Assembly (NCBI RefSeq): GCF_009914755.1
Contig: NC_060936.1
Length of the DNA stretch: 64,000 nucleotides
Reading direction: 5' to 3' (one strand)
Origin: the human T2T-CHM13v2.0 reference genome, Homo sapiens
Shown here piece after piece: positions 48,772 through 64,000 of the stretch. A program made the translations under genes and the position numbers. The notes beneath the pieces were generated by a model. That model saw nothing but the letters and a program-made list of their open reading frames with translations. It made no database searches and was not told where the DNA came from. Each line of letters starts with the position of its first letter. Position 1 is the first letter of the stretch.

Positions 48772-49505
48772 TGATTTGATTCTCTGCTTGGTTGCTGTTG
48801 GTGTATAGAAGAGTTACTGATTTGCATACATTAATCTTGTATCTGGAAACTTTGTTGAATTCTTTTATCAGTTCTTGGAGCTTTCTGGAGGAGTCTTTAG
48901 GGTTTTCAAGGTAAATGATCATATCGTCAGCAAATAGTGACAGTTTCACTTCCTCTTTACTGATTTGGATGTCCTTTATTTCTTTCTCTTCTCTGATTGC
49001 TCTGGCTAGGACTTCCAGTACTATGTTGAAGACAAGTGGTGAGAGTAGGCATCCTTGTCTTCTTGTTCCAGTTCTCAGAGGGAATGCGTTCAACTTTTCC
49101 CCATTCAGTATTGTGTTGGCTGTCAGTTTGTCATAGATGGCTTTTATTACATTGAGGTCTGTCCCTTGTATGCCGATTTTGCTGAGAGGGATCATAAAGC
49201 GATGCTGCATTTTGTCGAATGCTTTTTCTGCATCTGTTGAGATGATCATGTGATTTTTGTTTTTAATTCTGTTTATGTGCTGTATCACATTTATTGACTT
49301 CCATATGTTAAGCCATCCCTGCATCCTTGATATGAAACCCACTTGATCATGGTGGATTATCTTTTTGGTATGTTGTTGGATTTGGTTAGCTAATATTTTG
49401 TGAAGGATTTTAGCATCTGTATTCATCAAGGATATCTGTCTATAGTTTTCTTTTTTGGTTATGTCCTTTTCTGGTTTTGGTATTAGGGTGATGCTGGCTT
49501 CATAG

Positions 49506-49871
<366 letters not shown>

Positions 49872-51168
49872 TGGTACCAATTTTTCTTTCAATGTCTGGT
49901 AGAATTCTGCTGTGAATCCTTCTGGTCCTGGACTTTTTTTTTATTGGTAATTTTTAAATTACTGTTTCAGTCTTGCTGCTTGTTATTGGTCTGTTCAGGG
50001 TATCCTAATTCTTCCTGATTTAAGCTAGGAGGGTTGTATTTTTCCAGCAATTGATCCATCTCTTTTAGGTTTTCTAGTTTATGTGCGTAAAAGTGTTCAT
50101 AGTAGCCTTGAATGATCTTTTGTATTTCAGTGATATCAGTTGTAATACCTCCAGTTTTGTTTCTTATTGAGGTTATTTGGATTTTCTCTCCTCTCTTCTA
50201 GGCTAATCTTGCTAAAAGGTCTATCAATTTTATTTATCCTTTGAAAGAACCAGCTTTTTGTTTCATTTTTGTATTTTTTTTGTTTCAATTTCATTTAGTT
50301 CTGCTCTGATTTTGGTTATTTCCTTTCATCTGCTGTATTTGGGTTTGATTTGTTCTTGTTTCTCTAGTTCCTTGAGGTGTGACCTTAGATGTCAGTTTAT
50401 GCTCTTACAGTCTTTTTGATGTAGGCGTTTAGGGCCGTGAACTTTCCTCTTAGCACCACCTTTGCTGTATCCCAGAGGTTTTGATAGTTTGTGTCATTAC
50501 TGTCGTTCAGTTTGAAGAATTTTTAAATTTCCATCTTGATTTTGTTTTTGACTCAATGCTGATTCAGAAGCAGGTTACTTAACTTCTATGTATTTGCATG
50601 GTTTTGAAGGTTTCTTTTGGAGTTGATTTCTAGTTTTATTCCACTGTGGTCTGAGAGAGTGCTTGATACAATTTCAGTTTTCTTAAATTTATTGAGACTT
50701 GTTTTATGGCCCATCATATGGTCTCTCTTGGAGGAAGTTCTATACATTGTTGAATAGAATGTGTATTCTGTGGTTGTTGGATGAAATGTTCTGAATGTAT
50801 CTGTTAAGTCCATTTATTCCAAGGTATTGTTTAAATCCGTTGTTAAATGGATTCATAGTTTAAATCCCTTGTTAAATGGATTTGTAGTTAAATCTGTTGT
50901 TTCTTTGTTGACTTTCTGTCTTGATGACCTGTGTAGTGCCGTTAGTATTGAAGTCCCCCACTATTATTGTGTTGCTGTCTCATTTATTAGGTCTATTAGT
51001 AATTGTTTTATAAATTTGGGAGCTCCAGTGTTAGATGCATATATGTTTAGGATTGTGATAGTTTCCTGTTGGACAAGGCCTTTTACCATTTTATAATGTC
51101 CCTCTTTGTCTCTTTTAACTGCTGTTGCTTTAAAGTTTGTTTTGTCTGATATAAGAATAGCTACCCCT

Positions 51169-51827
<659 letters not shown>

Positions 51828-52757
51828 TTATGTGAGTCCTTATGTGTTAGGTGAGTCTCCTGAAGGCAGCAGATGGTTGGTGAGTTCTGCAGTTTTGTAT
51901 CCTTTAAGTGGAGCATTTAGGCCATTTATATTCAATGTTAGTATTGAGATGTGAGGTACCGTTGCATTCATCGTGCATTTGTTGCCTGTGTACTTTGGTT
52001 TTTTTGTTTTTTGTTTTTGCTTTTTAACTTGTATTTTTGTTTTATAGGTCCTGTGTGATTTATGCTTTAAAGTGGTTCTCTTTTAATGTGTTTCCAGGAT
52101 TTGTTTCAAGATTTAGAGCTCGTTTTAGCAGTTCTTGTACTGGTGGCTTGGTAGTGGCAAATTCTCTCAGCATTTGTTTGTCTGAAAAAGACTGTATCTT
52201 TCCTTCATATATGATGCTTAGTTTCACTAGATACAAAATTCCTGGCTGATAATTGTTTTGTTTGAGGAGGCCTGAAGATAGGGTCCCAATCCCTTCTAGC
52301 TAGTAGGGTTTCTGATGAGAAATCTGCTGTTAATCTGATAGGTTTTCCTTTATAGGTTACCTGATGCTTCTGTCTCACAGCTGTTAAGATTCTTTCCTTT
52401 GTCTTCCACACTGTTGATTACTGTAGCTTCATAGCAAGACTTAAAATTGGATATTGTGACTTTTCCATCTTTGTTCTTTTTTCAAAGTTGTTTTGGCCAT
52501 TTCAGTCCTTTTGCCTTTGCATATAAATTTCACAGTCAGCTTTTATATCTGCAAAAACTGCTGGCATTTTGATTGGAACTGCATTAAATCTATAAATCAG
52601 TTTGAGAATTTATATCTTAACTATATCAAATATTCCAGTTAATCAACATGATACATCTCTTCATTTATTTGGGTAATATTTTATTCCTTTCATCAGCATC
52701 TTATAGTTTTCAGCCTATAGATTCTACATGTTTTGTTAGGTTTATACCTAAGTATTT

Positions 52758-53023
52758 TTTTTTTTTTTTTGAGACAGAGTCTCTCTGTCGCCCAGGCTGG
52801 AGCAAGCTCCGCCTCCCAGGTTCACGCCATTCTCCTGCCTCAGCCTCTAGAGTAGCTGGGACTACAGGTGCCCGCCACCACGCCTGGCTAATTTCTTTGT
52901 ATTTTTAGTAGAGATGGGGTTTCACCGGGTTAGCCAAGGATGGTCTCGATCTCCTGACCTTGTGATCGCCTTCCTCAGCCTCCCAAAGTGCTGGGATTAC
53001 AGGCGTGAGCCACCGCGCCCAGC
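52758..53023 (-). mobile_element. AluY with internal ~26-bp deletion
   Basis: ggctggag|caagctccgcc; TSD tatacctaagtattt at 52743-52757 and 53024-53038. Confidence 0.88.
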
Positions 53024-53043
53024 TATACCTAAGTATTTCTTAA

Positions 53044-53357
<314 letters not shown>

Positions 53358-53524
53358 TAATGTAAATTTTTCTATTTTAGATTTCAGTTTCTAATTTATT
53401 TCTTGTATATAGAGATATGATGATTTTTTTGTATGTGAACTTGTATCTTACAACCTTGTTAAAGTCACTTGTTCTAGAAGCTTTATTATAGGTTTCTTGG
53501 GATTTGCTATATAGATAATCATAG

Positions 53525-54026
<502 letters not shown>

Positions 54027-54292
54027 GCTAGTTTTAGTACATTCATTTTATCAGGTCGGGTAAGTTCCCTTCTATTCCTAGTTTACTGAGAATTTTATCA
54101 GGAATGAATGTTGAATTTTGTCAAATGCTTTTTCTATATGAATTGATATGATCATATGATTTTTTTCTTGTTTAGTCTGTTAATATAATGAATTACATTG
54201 GTTTTCAGATAATGAACCTACTTTGCATTTCTGGGGTAAATGCCACTTGGTGGTGATGTATTCTCCTATATTGTTGGATATGATTTGCTAAT

Positions 54293-54584
<292 letters not shown>

Positions 54585-55709
54585 AATTTGCTAATCTTTT
54601 TGTTGAGAAGTTTTGCATTATCTGTGTTCACTAGGATATTGGTCTGTAGTTTTGTTTTTTTCTTGTCCTGTCTTTGTTTAGTTTTGGTATCAGGATAATA
54701 CTGACCTTATAAGATAAGTTGGGATATGTTCCCTTTAACATTAAAAAAATATTTTCGGAAAAAGATTTTGTAGAATTCTCCGGGGAAACCATCTGAGCCT
54801 AGGGTTTTCTTTGTGTGAAGGTTTTAAACTATAGGTTAGATTTCTCTAATAGATATAGAACAATTCAGGTTGTCATTTCTTTTGGGGTGAGTTTTAATAC
54901 TTTGTGGCTTTCAAGGAATTGGTCCATTTAATTTTTGTTGTCAAATTTATGTGTATAGATTTGTCTGTAGTATTTCCTTATTCTTTTAACATCTATGGAG
55001 GTCTATGGTGATATACTTTCTTTTATTCCTGATATTGATAGTTTGTATATTCATTCTTTTTTTTCCCTTTGGCTAGAGGCTTATTAATGTTATTCATCTT
55101 TTCAAAGAACCAGCTTTTCCTATATTAATTTTCCTCTATTTTTCTGTTTTCAATGTAGTTGATTTCTGTTCTTTATTTTCTTTCTTCTGCTTTCTTTAAT
55201 TTACTCTTCCTTTTCTGTTTTTCTAAGGTGGAAACTTGGATTGTTGATTTGAGACCTTTCTTCTTTTCTAATATAATCTCTTAATGCTACAAATTTCCCT
55301 CTAGGTACTGTTGTCCCTGCATTTTACAAATTTTGATATGTTGATTTTTGTTTCCCCTGAGACTTTCTCTTTGACCTGTGGATTATTTAGAAGTATGTTG
55401 TTTGGAGTGTTGGGAGATTTGTCAGTGTCTTTGTTTTATTGATTTCTAGTTTATTCCATTATGATTAGAGAGCATACTTTGTATTATTTCAATATTTTAC
55501 AATTTGTTAGGGTTTGTTTTATGACCAAGATATGATCTAGCTTGGCGACTGTACATGTGTACTTGAAGATAATGTATATTCTGTTGTTAGGTGGAATGTT
55601 CTATGAATATTGATATCTATTCAAGTTGGTTGATGGTGGTGTTTAGTTTCTCTGTATCCCTGATTATTTTCTGTCTACTTGTTTTATTGATTACTAAGAA
55701 AGGAAAATT

Positions 55710-55796
55710 GACTATACTTGTGGATTTGTCCATTTTATCCTTAGTTTTGTCCATCGACTATACTTGTGGATTTGTCCATTTTATCCTTAGTTTTGT
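55710..55796 (+). repeat. Perfect 41-bp direct duplication with a 5-bp spacer
   Basis: gactatacttgtggatttgtccattttatccttagttttgt at 55710-55750 and 55756-55796. Confidence 0.92.
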
Positions 55797-56837
55797 TAGT
55801 TTTTATTTTGTATATTTGAAGGTTCTTTTGTTAGTTACATACACATTTTGGATTGTTATGTCTTTTAGTGAATTGACTTTTTAAAATCATTATTTAGTGT
55901 CTCTATCCCTGGTAATTTTCCTTGCTTTGAAGTCTACTTTATCTGATATTAATATAATCATCCTACCTTTCTGTCGGTTCATATTTTCATGGCATTTATT
56001 TTCCACTTTTTACTTAAAAGACATTTTTCCCTTGAAATAATTTCAGATTTATAGAAGGGTTGCAAAAATAGTAAAGAGAGTTCTTGTATTTTCTTCACCC
56101 AGCTTCCCCTAATGTTAGCATCTTATATAACAGTGATACATTTGTTAAAACTAAGACATTTACATTGGTATAATACTTTATTAGGTAAGCTACAGACTTC
56201 ATTTGGATTTCACCAAATTTTCTACTAATGTCCTTTTTTCTGATCCAGGATCCGGTCCAGGATACCATATTGCATTTAACATTCTATTTTTAACTTACAT
56301 TTATCGTATTTAATGTGGGTTTCTGGTAGATAGCATACTGTATGTTCTTTTTTTTTTTTTTTTAAATCCATTCTGACAACCTCTCTTCTTCTTATTCCTT
56401 TTTGAAAAAATTGTATTGTGGTAAGAACATTTTACATGAGATGTACCCTCTTAACAAATTTTAAGTGTACAATACAGTATTGTTAATTATATGTTCAATG
56501 TTGTACAGGAGATCTCCAGAATTTATTCATCTTACTTAACTGAAAGTTTATGCCCATTGATTAGTAACTGCCCATGACAATCTCTTTTAGTTGGTATGTT
56601 TAGACCACCTTCATTTAATGTAGTTATTAATATGTTTGGGTGGTCTGTCATTTTATTTGTTTTCTATTTCCTTTTCCTTCTTTTGGATTATTTTTAATAT
56701 TCTATTTTTTTTTACTGTTTTCATTATATAGTTATTTTAGTGTAGCACTAGGAATTACAATGTACATACTTAAGTGTTCAGTCTACTTAGAATTAATATA
56801 TTACCACTTTAAGTGGAATATAGAAATGTTAGTACCA

Positions 56838-57136
56838 CCAGGTGCAGTGGTGCACACCTATAATCCAAACACTTTGGGAGGCCAAGGTGGGCAGATCGCT
56901 TGAGCCCAGGAATTTGAGACTAGCCTGAGCAACATGGTAAAACCCTATCCCTACAAAAAATACAAAAATTAGTGGGCGTGGTGGCTCATGCCTGTGGTCC
57001 CAGCTTCTCTGGAGGCTGGGGTGAAGGATTACTTGAGCCTGGGAGTTTGAGGCTGCAGTGAGCTGTGATCACACCATTGTCTTCCAGCTACGGCAGCAGG
57101 GTAAAACCCTGTCTGAAACAAAAACAAAAGAAAAAA
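56838..57136 (+). mobile_element. AluJ
   Basis: TSD aaatgttagtacc. Confidence 0.88.
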
Positions 57137-57274
57137 AAATGTTAGTACCGTGTAGATCTCTTTACTGTCTCCCTTTTATGTTGTAATTTTCATACATATT
57201 GCATCTACATGCATGAAAACCCAATCAATAATGTTATAATTTGTGCTTTTCAACCATCATTTATATTTTATTAT

Positions 57275-57595
57275 TATTTTTAAAAATTATTTTTTGTGGA
57301 GACAAGGTCTTACTCTGTCACCCAGGCTGGAGTGCAGTGGTACAATCGTAGCTCACTGCAGCCTCAAACTTCTGGGCTTAAGTGATCCTCTCACCTCAGC
57401 CTCCTGGGTAGATAGGACTATAGGTGCATGTCATCCTTCATGCCTGGCTAATTTAAAGAAAAAATTTTTTTTTTGCAGAGATGAGGGTCTGACTGTGTTG
57501 CCCAGGCTGGTCTTAAACTCTTGGCCTCCAGCAGTCCTGTCATCTTGGCCTCCCAAAATGGTGAGACTACAGGCGTGAGCCACCACAGTTGGCCT
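57275..57595 (-). mobile_element. AluJ
   Basis: 16-bp TSD catcatttatatttta at 57255-57270 and 57596-57611. Confidence 0.88.
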
Positions 57596-57912
57596 CATCA
57601 TTTATATTTTAAAGACCCTAAAAGGAGTAAAATGGGTATTACATTTACCTTGGTATTTACCACTTCTATTGCTCTTCCTTGTTTCCTGAAGTTCTAAATT
57701 TCCCTGTAATATTATTTTCCCTCCATCTAAAGAATTTCCTTTAGCATTTCTTTTAGAGCAGTCTGCTAGTGATGAATTATTTTGGTTTTCTTTATATGAG
57801 AATTTCTGTATTTCATCATCATCTTTTAAAAATATTTTCACTAGATATACAATTCTGGGTTGACATTTGTTTCTTTTCATTTTCCCCCAGCACTTAAAAG
57901 TGTTTCACTGGG

Positions 57913-58499
<587 letters not shown>

Positions 58500-60020
58500 T
58501 TACTGTCTTTTGTTATGATTTCTGTTGGGAAATTTCAGTCATTCAAATTATTGTTTCCCTATGTGTAATGTATCCTTTTTCTCTTACTGCTTTCAAGATT
58601 TTTTATTTTAGTTTTCATTGGTTTGATCATGATGTTTTTGCACAAGGATTTCTTTGAGTTTATCCTGTTTGGTGATCACTGAGTTTCTTAAATCTGTAAG
58701 TTTATGTCTTCTTAAATTTGGGAAGTTTTAGCCATTGTTTCTTCAAATACTTTTTGTGCACTATACTTTCTCCTTACCTGTTGGGCCTTTGATACAAATG
58801 TTAAGTCTTTTGGTGTTGTCCCATGGGTCATTGAGATTCTGTGCTTTTTTTCCTTCGTTTCTAATTTTTTTCTCTCTCTCTTGTTCAGCTTGGATAATTT
58901 GTGTATTTTCAAGTTCATCAACTATTCTGTCATCTCTATTATACTATTGAGCCCATCCAATGAATTTTAAAATTTCTGTTATTGTGTTTTCTAATTTAAA
59001 ATTTTCCATTTGGTTCTTTTTTAAAAAAGTGTTCTATTTCTTCATTAAGACTTTTTATTTTTCCATTTATTTCAAGACTGTTTGCCTTTCCTTCTTTGAG
59101 CATACTTAGAATAGCTGCATTAAAGCCTTTGCCAATTCTAACATCTTGCATTGATATCTGTTGATTGTCTTTTTCCTTGTGAGATGTTGAGATTTTCAAG
59201 TTTTTTTGTATGTTAGTTTGAATTTGTATCCTGAACACTTTCAAATTGTTAGAAGACTTTGGGTCTTGTTTAAATCATATAGAGAATGTTTCTTGCTTAT
59301 TTGTTTTAGCAGGCAATCCAGTTAGATTCAGGTTGCAAATTCCTTCCTGCCTTCTGTGGGCTGGGGTCCAAAATCAGTTCAGTTTTCAAAGTATTTGCCA
59401 TTCTATTTCTGTTTATTCCAGGTATGTCCCAGCTAGTGGCCAGTTTCAGATCTGGGCAGCAGTATACTCCAGAGATTAGTTGTCAAAACCTTTGGTGTGC
59501 TGTTTAGGGCCAGATACATGCATGCACAGCTTGGAGATGAGCCCCGGAATTCATATACAGCCTTATTGAGCTCCTTTCTCTTGTTGTTTCCCAGACTTTC
59601 CAGATCTGAAGGGTTTCCCATCCTGCTACCCTGCCTAGAAGTCTTGGACTTTTAGTTTCTCTATTCTGCCTTTTACTTCCTATGACCACATCTCCCTTGA
59701 GAACCAAATGGCAAGATACGGAGAGTCAACGAAGCAAGGGAGGCTTTCCTGTGCTCTTGGGATCCCAGCTTCCCTGGTCAGGGAAGAACTTTTGCTATTG
59801 ACTGCCACTGCTGCTTAACTACTGTGAGGTAGGGCAGGAGAGAGCAGGAAACACACACACAATTCAGATTTTCTCCCTTCCCTTTCGTGTCTAGGGGCTC
59901 CCTTTTCTGTTTCTTGGACCAGAAATGGAGGTCTTCTCCTGTAGCTTTTTCTGTCTGTGCTTGGGGCACAGTTCTGGATTTGGCTGCCTTTTTTGAGTCC
60001 AGGCCAAGAGATACCAGAGC

Positions 60021-60021
<1 letters not shown>

Positions 60022-60060
<39 letters not shown>
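60022..60060 (+). repeat. (CA)n microsatellite, ~19 units
   Basis: Direct read. Confidence 0.95.
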
Positions 60061-60070
<10 letters not shown>

Positions 60071-60439
60071 AAGGCAAAACTCTGCTGGTTTTGTGATACT
60101 TTGAATTGTGGGTTTCTTTTCCTAAACTATCTGCTATCAATTATTTTTCAGAGTCATTAAGTAATGGATGGAGCAGCTCTGTCCAAGGATTTTAGTTGAA
60201 TACAGTGGGAGATACAGGGTAGAGTGGGCTTACTTCATCTTATCTGGAGTGAGAAACTTTGGTTATTTGAGAGAGGAACAAGGCTGGCAGGTGTGAGAAA
60301 GGTGGTGGCTTTGAGGCAGGTTCTCAACCTTGAGAGATCAAGTGACTAGATTGACAGGCCTCGAGGTCCTGGGAGGAGACACCCTGAGGAATGACTTCAG
60401 TATTTTTGATGCAGGATGCCCTCTCCTCCTCCTTTTTAA

Positions 60440-61050
60440 TTTTTAAATTTAAGTAAAATGTTTTTTAAAATATATAATATCTGCACTTAGCACCAGATTG
60501 GAAAGCTGTAAAGGGAACAAAGTAAGAGAGGTAAGTCTTCCTCAGTTACCTACCTCCTAGCCACACAGTTCCTTTCCCTGGAGGCAACCACTTCCCAGTT
60601 TCTCATGTGTCTTTACAGAGACTTTGTACTTATTACCAAACTGGAATATGGATAAGTGTGCATATATTAACAAAAATGGCAGTGTACTGTACACACTATT
60701 ATATACCTTACTTTTTCTCTTAATATGTCCTGGAGGCCTTTCCATATCAGTGTCCAGAGAAGGCCTCGTTCTTTTTAGCAGCTGTGCAGAATGCCATTAA
60801 ATGGATATACTATCATTTATTTAATAAGTCCTTTATTGATGGGCATTTATTTCATTAATGAATATTCAGTAAATAAATATTTATTCCATTAATTTCAAAC
60901 TCTCCTTATTATGGGAAAGTTGCATTCAATATCCTTGTATACATATTTTGCATATGTGAGGCTATATAGAATAAATACCTGGGATTAGAATTGCTGGGCT
61001 AATGATGTGTGTCCATTTAAAACTGTTAATAGCATATTGTTAACTTATTT
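60440..61050 (-). mobile_element. L1ME-like 3' fragment
   Basis: tccctggaggcaaccac; ttgatgggcattta; tagaattgctggg. Confidence 0.6.
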
Positions 61051-62259
61051 CATATCACTACAAATAATCCATCAACTTTTAAGCCTTGATATGGTAAGGA
61101 ATATTAGAATAGGTAATAGAAGCCTTCATATAATCTTAAATCTTTATTCAAACTCAGGTTAACATTTAACTCAGGTTTTACCAAGTCTTTTACCAAAATT
61201 ATGTGGAAAAAAATAAAAAGGATTAACTGACATTTTCCTTCTTTCCTTACCCTTCTAATTCTAGTAAGAGATGTGTCAACAAGCTGTGAAAAGAATATCA
61301 TAAAATGACTAAATAGTAAACAACCAAAAGGGAAGGATATAACAGTCAAGAGGATTTAGATGACCAATTGATTGGACAGTCAGTTCCCAATCCTCAAATG
61401 TTGGTTGGATTAAAGCTTTTCTTCTAAGAACATTTTGTCTATCATGTGTTCTCACCTACACAAGCATGTCTGTATTAGTAGAGAGGGCAGGTGGAAGTTG
61501 TTATTTACTGTACTGATGTACTGATGGTGGAATAGAAGCCCTGCAAAAGTGATAATCATTTTTTTCCTGGTCCCTAGATCAAGACATTCAGTGTGAAAAA
61601 ATTTTGTGCAAGAAACAGTCTTAGAGAAGTATTTAATATTATGGAGACCAAAGAGTTGTCATTTAGGGTTGTTTTGATGGATTGTGGTGATAATTTTAAG
61701 TCAAAGCTTTCTTGGAAAATCTGAGATGCAGATTTTTCAATACAATGGAGCATTTTCTTAATAACAATCATTTTAATGTTATACTAGTGACCAAAAATCA
61801 GATCAGTGGATGCTTGCTTAAAGTTTTTCATGTTTACTTGGGTATGATTGTATTGGTTTTTACTTCAATTAATTTCAATAAATCATGAATAAAATTAGCT
61901 TTAAAATTAATCTGAAAAAGACTATTTTTAAGTGAATAATGTGTTCTTTATATGGGAGGACTCTACTTGGATAAATTGTTAAGTAATAAAACAGGTTTTG
62001 GTAGCTCTTCAAATAGTCATCTTTAATTTTTTCTTTATATAACTCTATATTTGAGAAATTGGGATGAGCACGTATTAGTTTGTAAAGAAATGCAATGCAG
62101 TAGAAACTGTAAAAGAAAGAAAAACAGCTAACTTGGAAGGCTGTGCACTTAATAGAATGAAGCAATCATTGCATAAAACATTCTTGGAATTTCTATTTTG
62201 AATTTTGCCTTCTGAACCTGTTCCACATCAGCTAGACTTAAAAAAAAAAAGAAAAAAAC

Positions 62260-62545
<286 letters not shown>

Positions 62546-63704
62546 GTGGGGCCTCATAGGATCAGAAACCACGGTGGAGCAGACTATGAAGGAGAAATAT
62601 GATGGTTCTTATAATGGCTTCAGTGGGGCTGGCTTTCTGGAAGATGTTCAGGTATTTATCCTTGGTCTCTCCTCAGCTGCTTTATAGAGTAATGCAGTAG
62701 AGGAAAGACTGTCAAGAAATTTTTTATTACTTAGGTGCTATATCGTTTGCTTTTTAACTTCATAAAATTTTTTGGCCATCTCTGCTTAGTATATAAAGCA
62801 AGTTGAGCAAGTGTGGCTCTTGCCAACTATAAACTTAGGTCACTTGGGTCTGGAAATTCCCTCTTGAATGCTATTTCCTGAATTTGATTTAGAGATCAGA
62901 GTTTACGTGGTCAATGTACGTCTTTCCCACAGGATAGCCAATGAATTCTTAGAGTTTTAAACCATCACTCTAAAGCATGCTAATTTGCATTTAGAAATAC
63001 AAAGTGCATCATATTGGTGACCCCTTTTAGATAGTGGGATGGGTATCAGATGTTACCCATTAGTTCTGATGTCTTAGGCAGAGCCTATGCAGTTATTTGG
63101 CCACAGACTAGGACATTGCTAGTATATTATCTATTCATGTATATGATGATGATTCTTGGAATAATTTCCTCTGGATGTGGAGAGACTAGGGCAGTACAGA
63201 TTTCTTTAATTCTGTGTCAGAGCAGTAGTGAGTAAGAAGGAAGGGGCAGAGTGTCAGCCACAGCTACAGGCCTCTTACAGGCAGTCTAGGGTCCAGACCA
63301 GACACGATGAGCATCCCAACAGAGGCCTGAGTTCTGCGATGTAGGCAGAATGACCAGAGAGACCCAGTTTATCTCATCCGGAGATTTGGAAGGGAAGAAA
63401 GGAGTCCACATCAAAGAAAGAATGTGTACGCCTGTGTTTTCAGGATTCTGTCTGCCTCTGGTAAGGAAGCATCTGACCGTGAATGTGCCATGGAAGCTTT
63501 CTCTTCATTAATAGAAGTATCATTACAGGAGACTCAGTTCACAAGACAGTATCTCAAGTGCACTTTGTTCTCTGTAGAAAGAGGTACCCAATAACATGAT
63601 CATATACTTCTGTCACATAGAAATGTTGCAAATAAATTTTTAATAAGTTAAACAGTTAATTTTTCTCGCTAACTTGACCTTAAACCAGCATTAGATTTTT
63701 TAAA

Positions 63705-64000
63705 ATCAACTTTTTATTTTGGAATAATTTTAGGTTTACAGCAAAGTTGCAAGGGGAATACGGAGAATTCCTGTATATGCCTCACCTGGTTTCCCATAAT
63801 GTTAATATATCACCATGGTGTATTTGTCAGAACTAAGAAACCAATGTTGGTACATTACTATTAACTAAATTCCACACTTTATTTGGATTTTACCACTTTT
63901 CACACTGATGTCCTTTTTCTGTTCCAGGATTCAGTCAAGAGTACTACATTGCATTGTCATTATGTCTCCTTAGTCTCTTCTGGTGTGTGACAGTTTCTCA
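63705..64000 (-). mobile_element. L1MC/MD-like 3' end (similar fragment at 56020-56280)
   Basis: ggaataattttaggtttacagcaaagttgcaa...ttctgttccaggat. Confidence 0.6.

Noticed and set aside
63444-63460. 17-nt microexon candidate (ttttcag|...|gtaagg)
   Set aside because: Short pyrimidine tract, frame-shifting length, expected by chance in 30 kb

Overview
Human genomic DNA (it carries an L1HS pre-Ta element), mostly transposon-derived, with no recognisable host protein-coding exon. At 1.1-13.4 kb there is a three-level LINE-1 nest on the minus strand. A full-length L1HS pre-Ta (4182-10227; ORF1 and ORF0 intact, ORF2 broken only by one TGG>TGA stop) sits with a 17-bp TSD inside ORF2 of a full-length ~6.16-kb L1PA3/PA4 that still has the ZNF93-target 5'UTR segment. 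That element in turn sits in an ancient L1M. The two young copies share several non-consensus bases at exactly homologous positions, suggesting local gene conversion (or assembly cross-talk), and the older copy holds the wild-type codon that would repair the young copy's stop. 14-32 kb holds L2, MIR, MLT1, a MER51-like solo LTR, Tigger1, Alus and an old L1M. At 32.2-33.3 kb is a CpG-island promoter with a probable non-coding first exon of a + strand gene (donor at 32921/32922; gene not identified). 33-64 kb is the probable first intron, with a unique-sequence part and then a deeply nested, mostly antisense L1M/L1PB/Alu cluster. Subfamily calls rest on recalled consensus diagnostics and need RepeatMasker confirmation.
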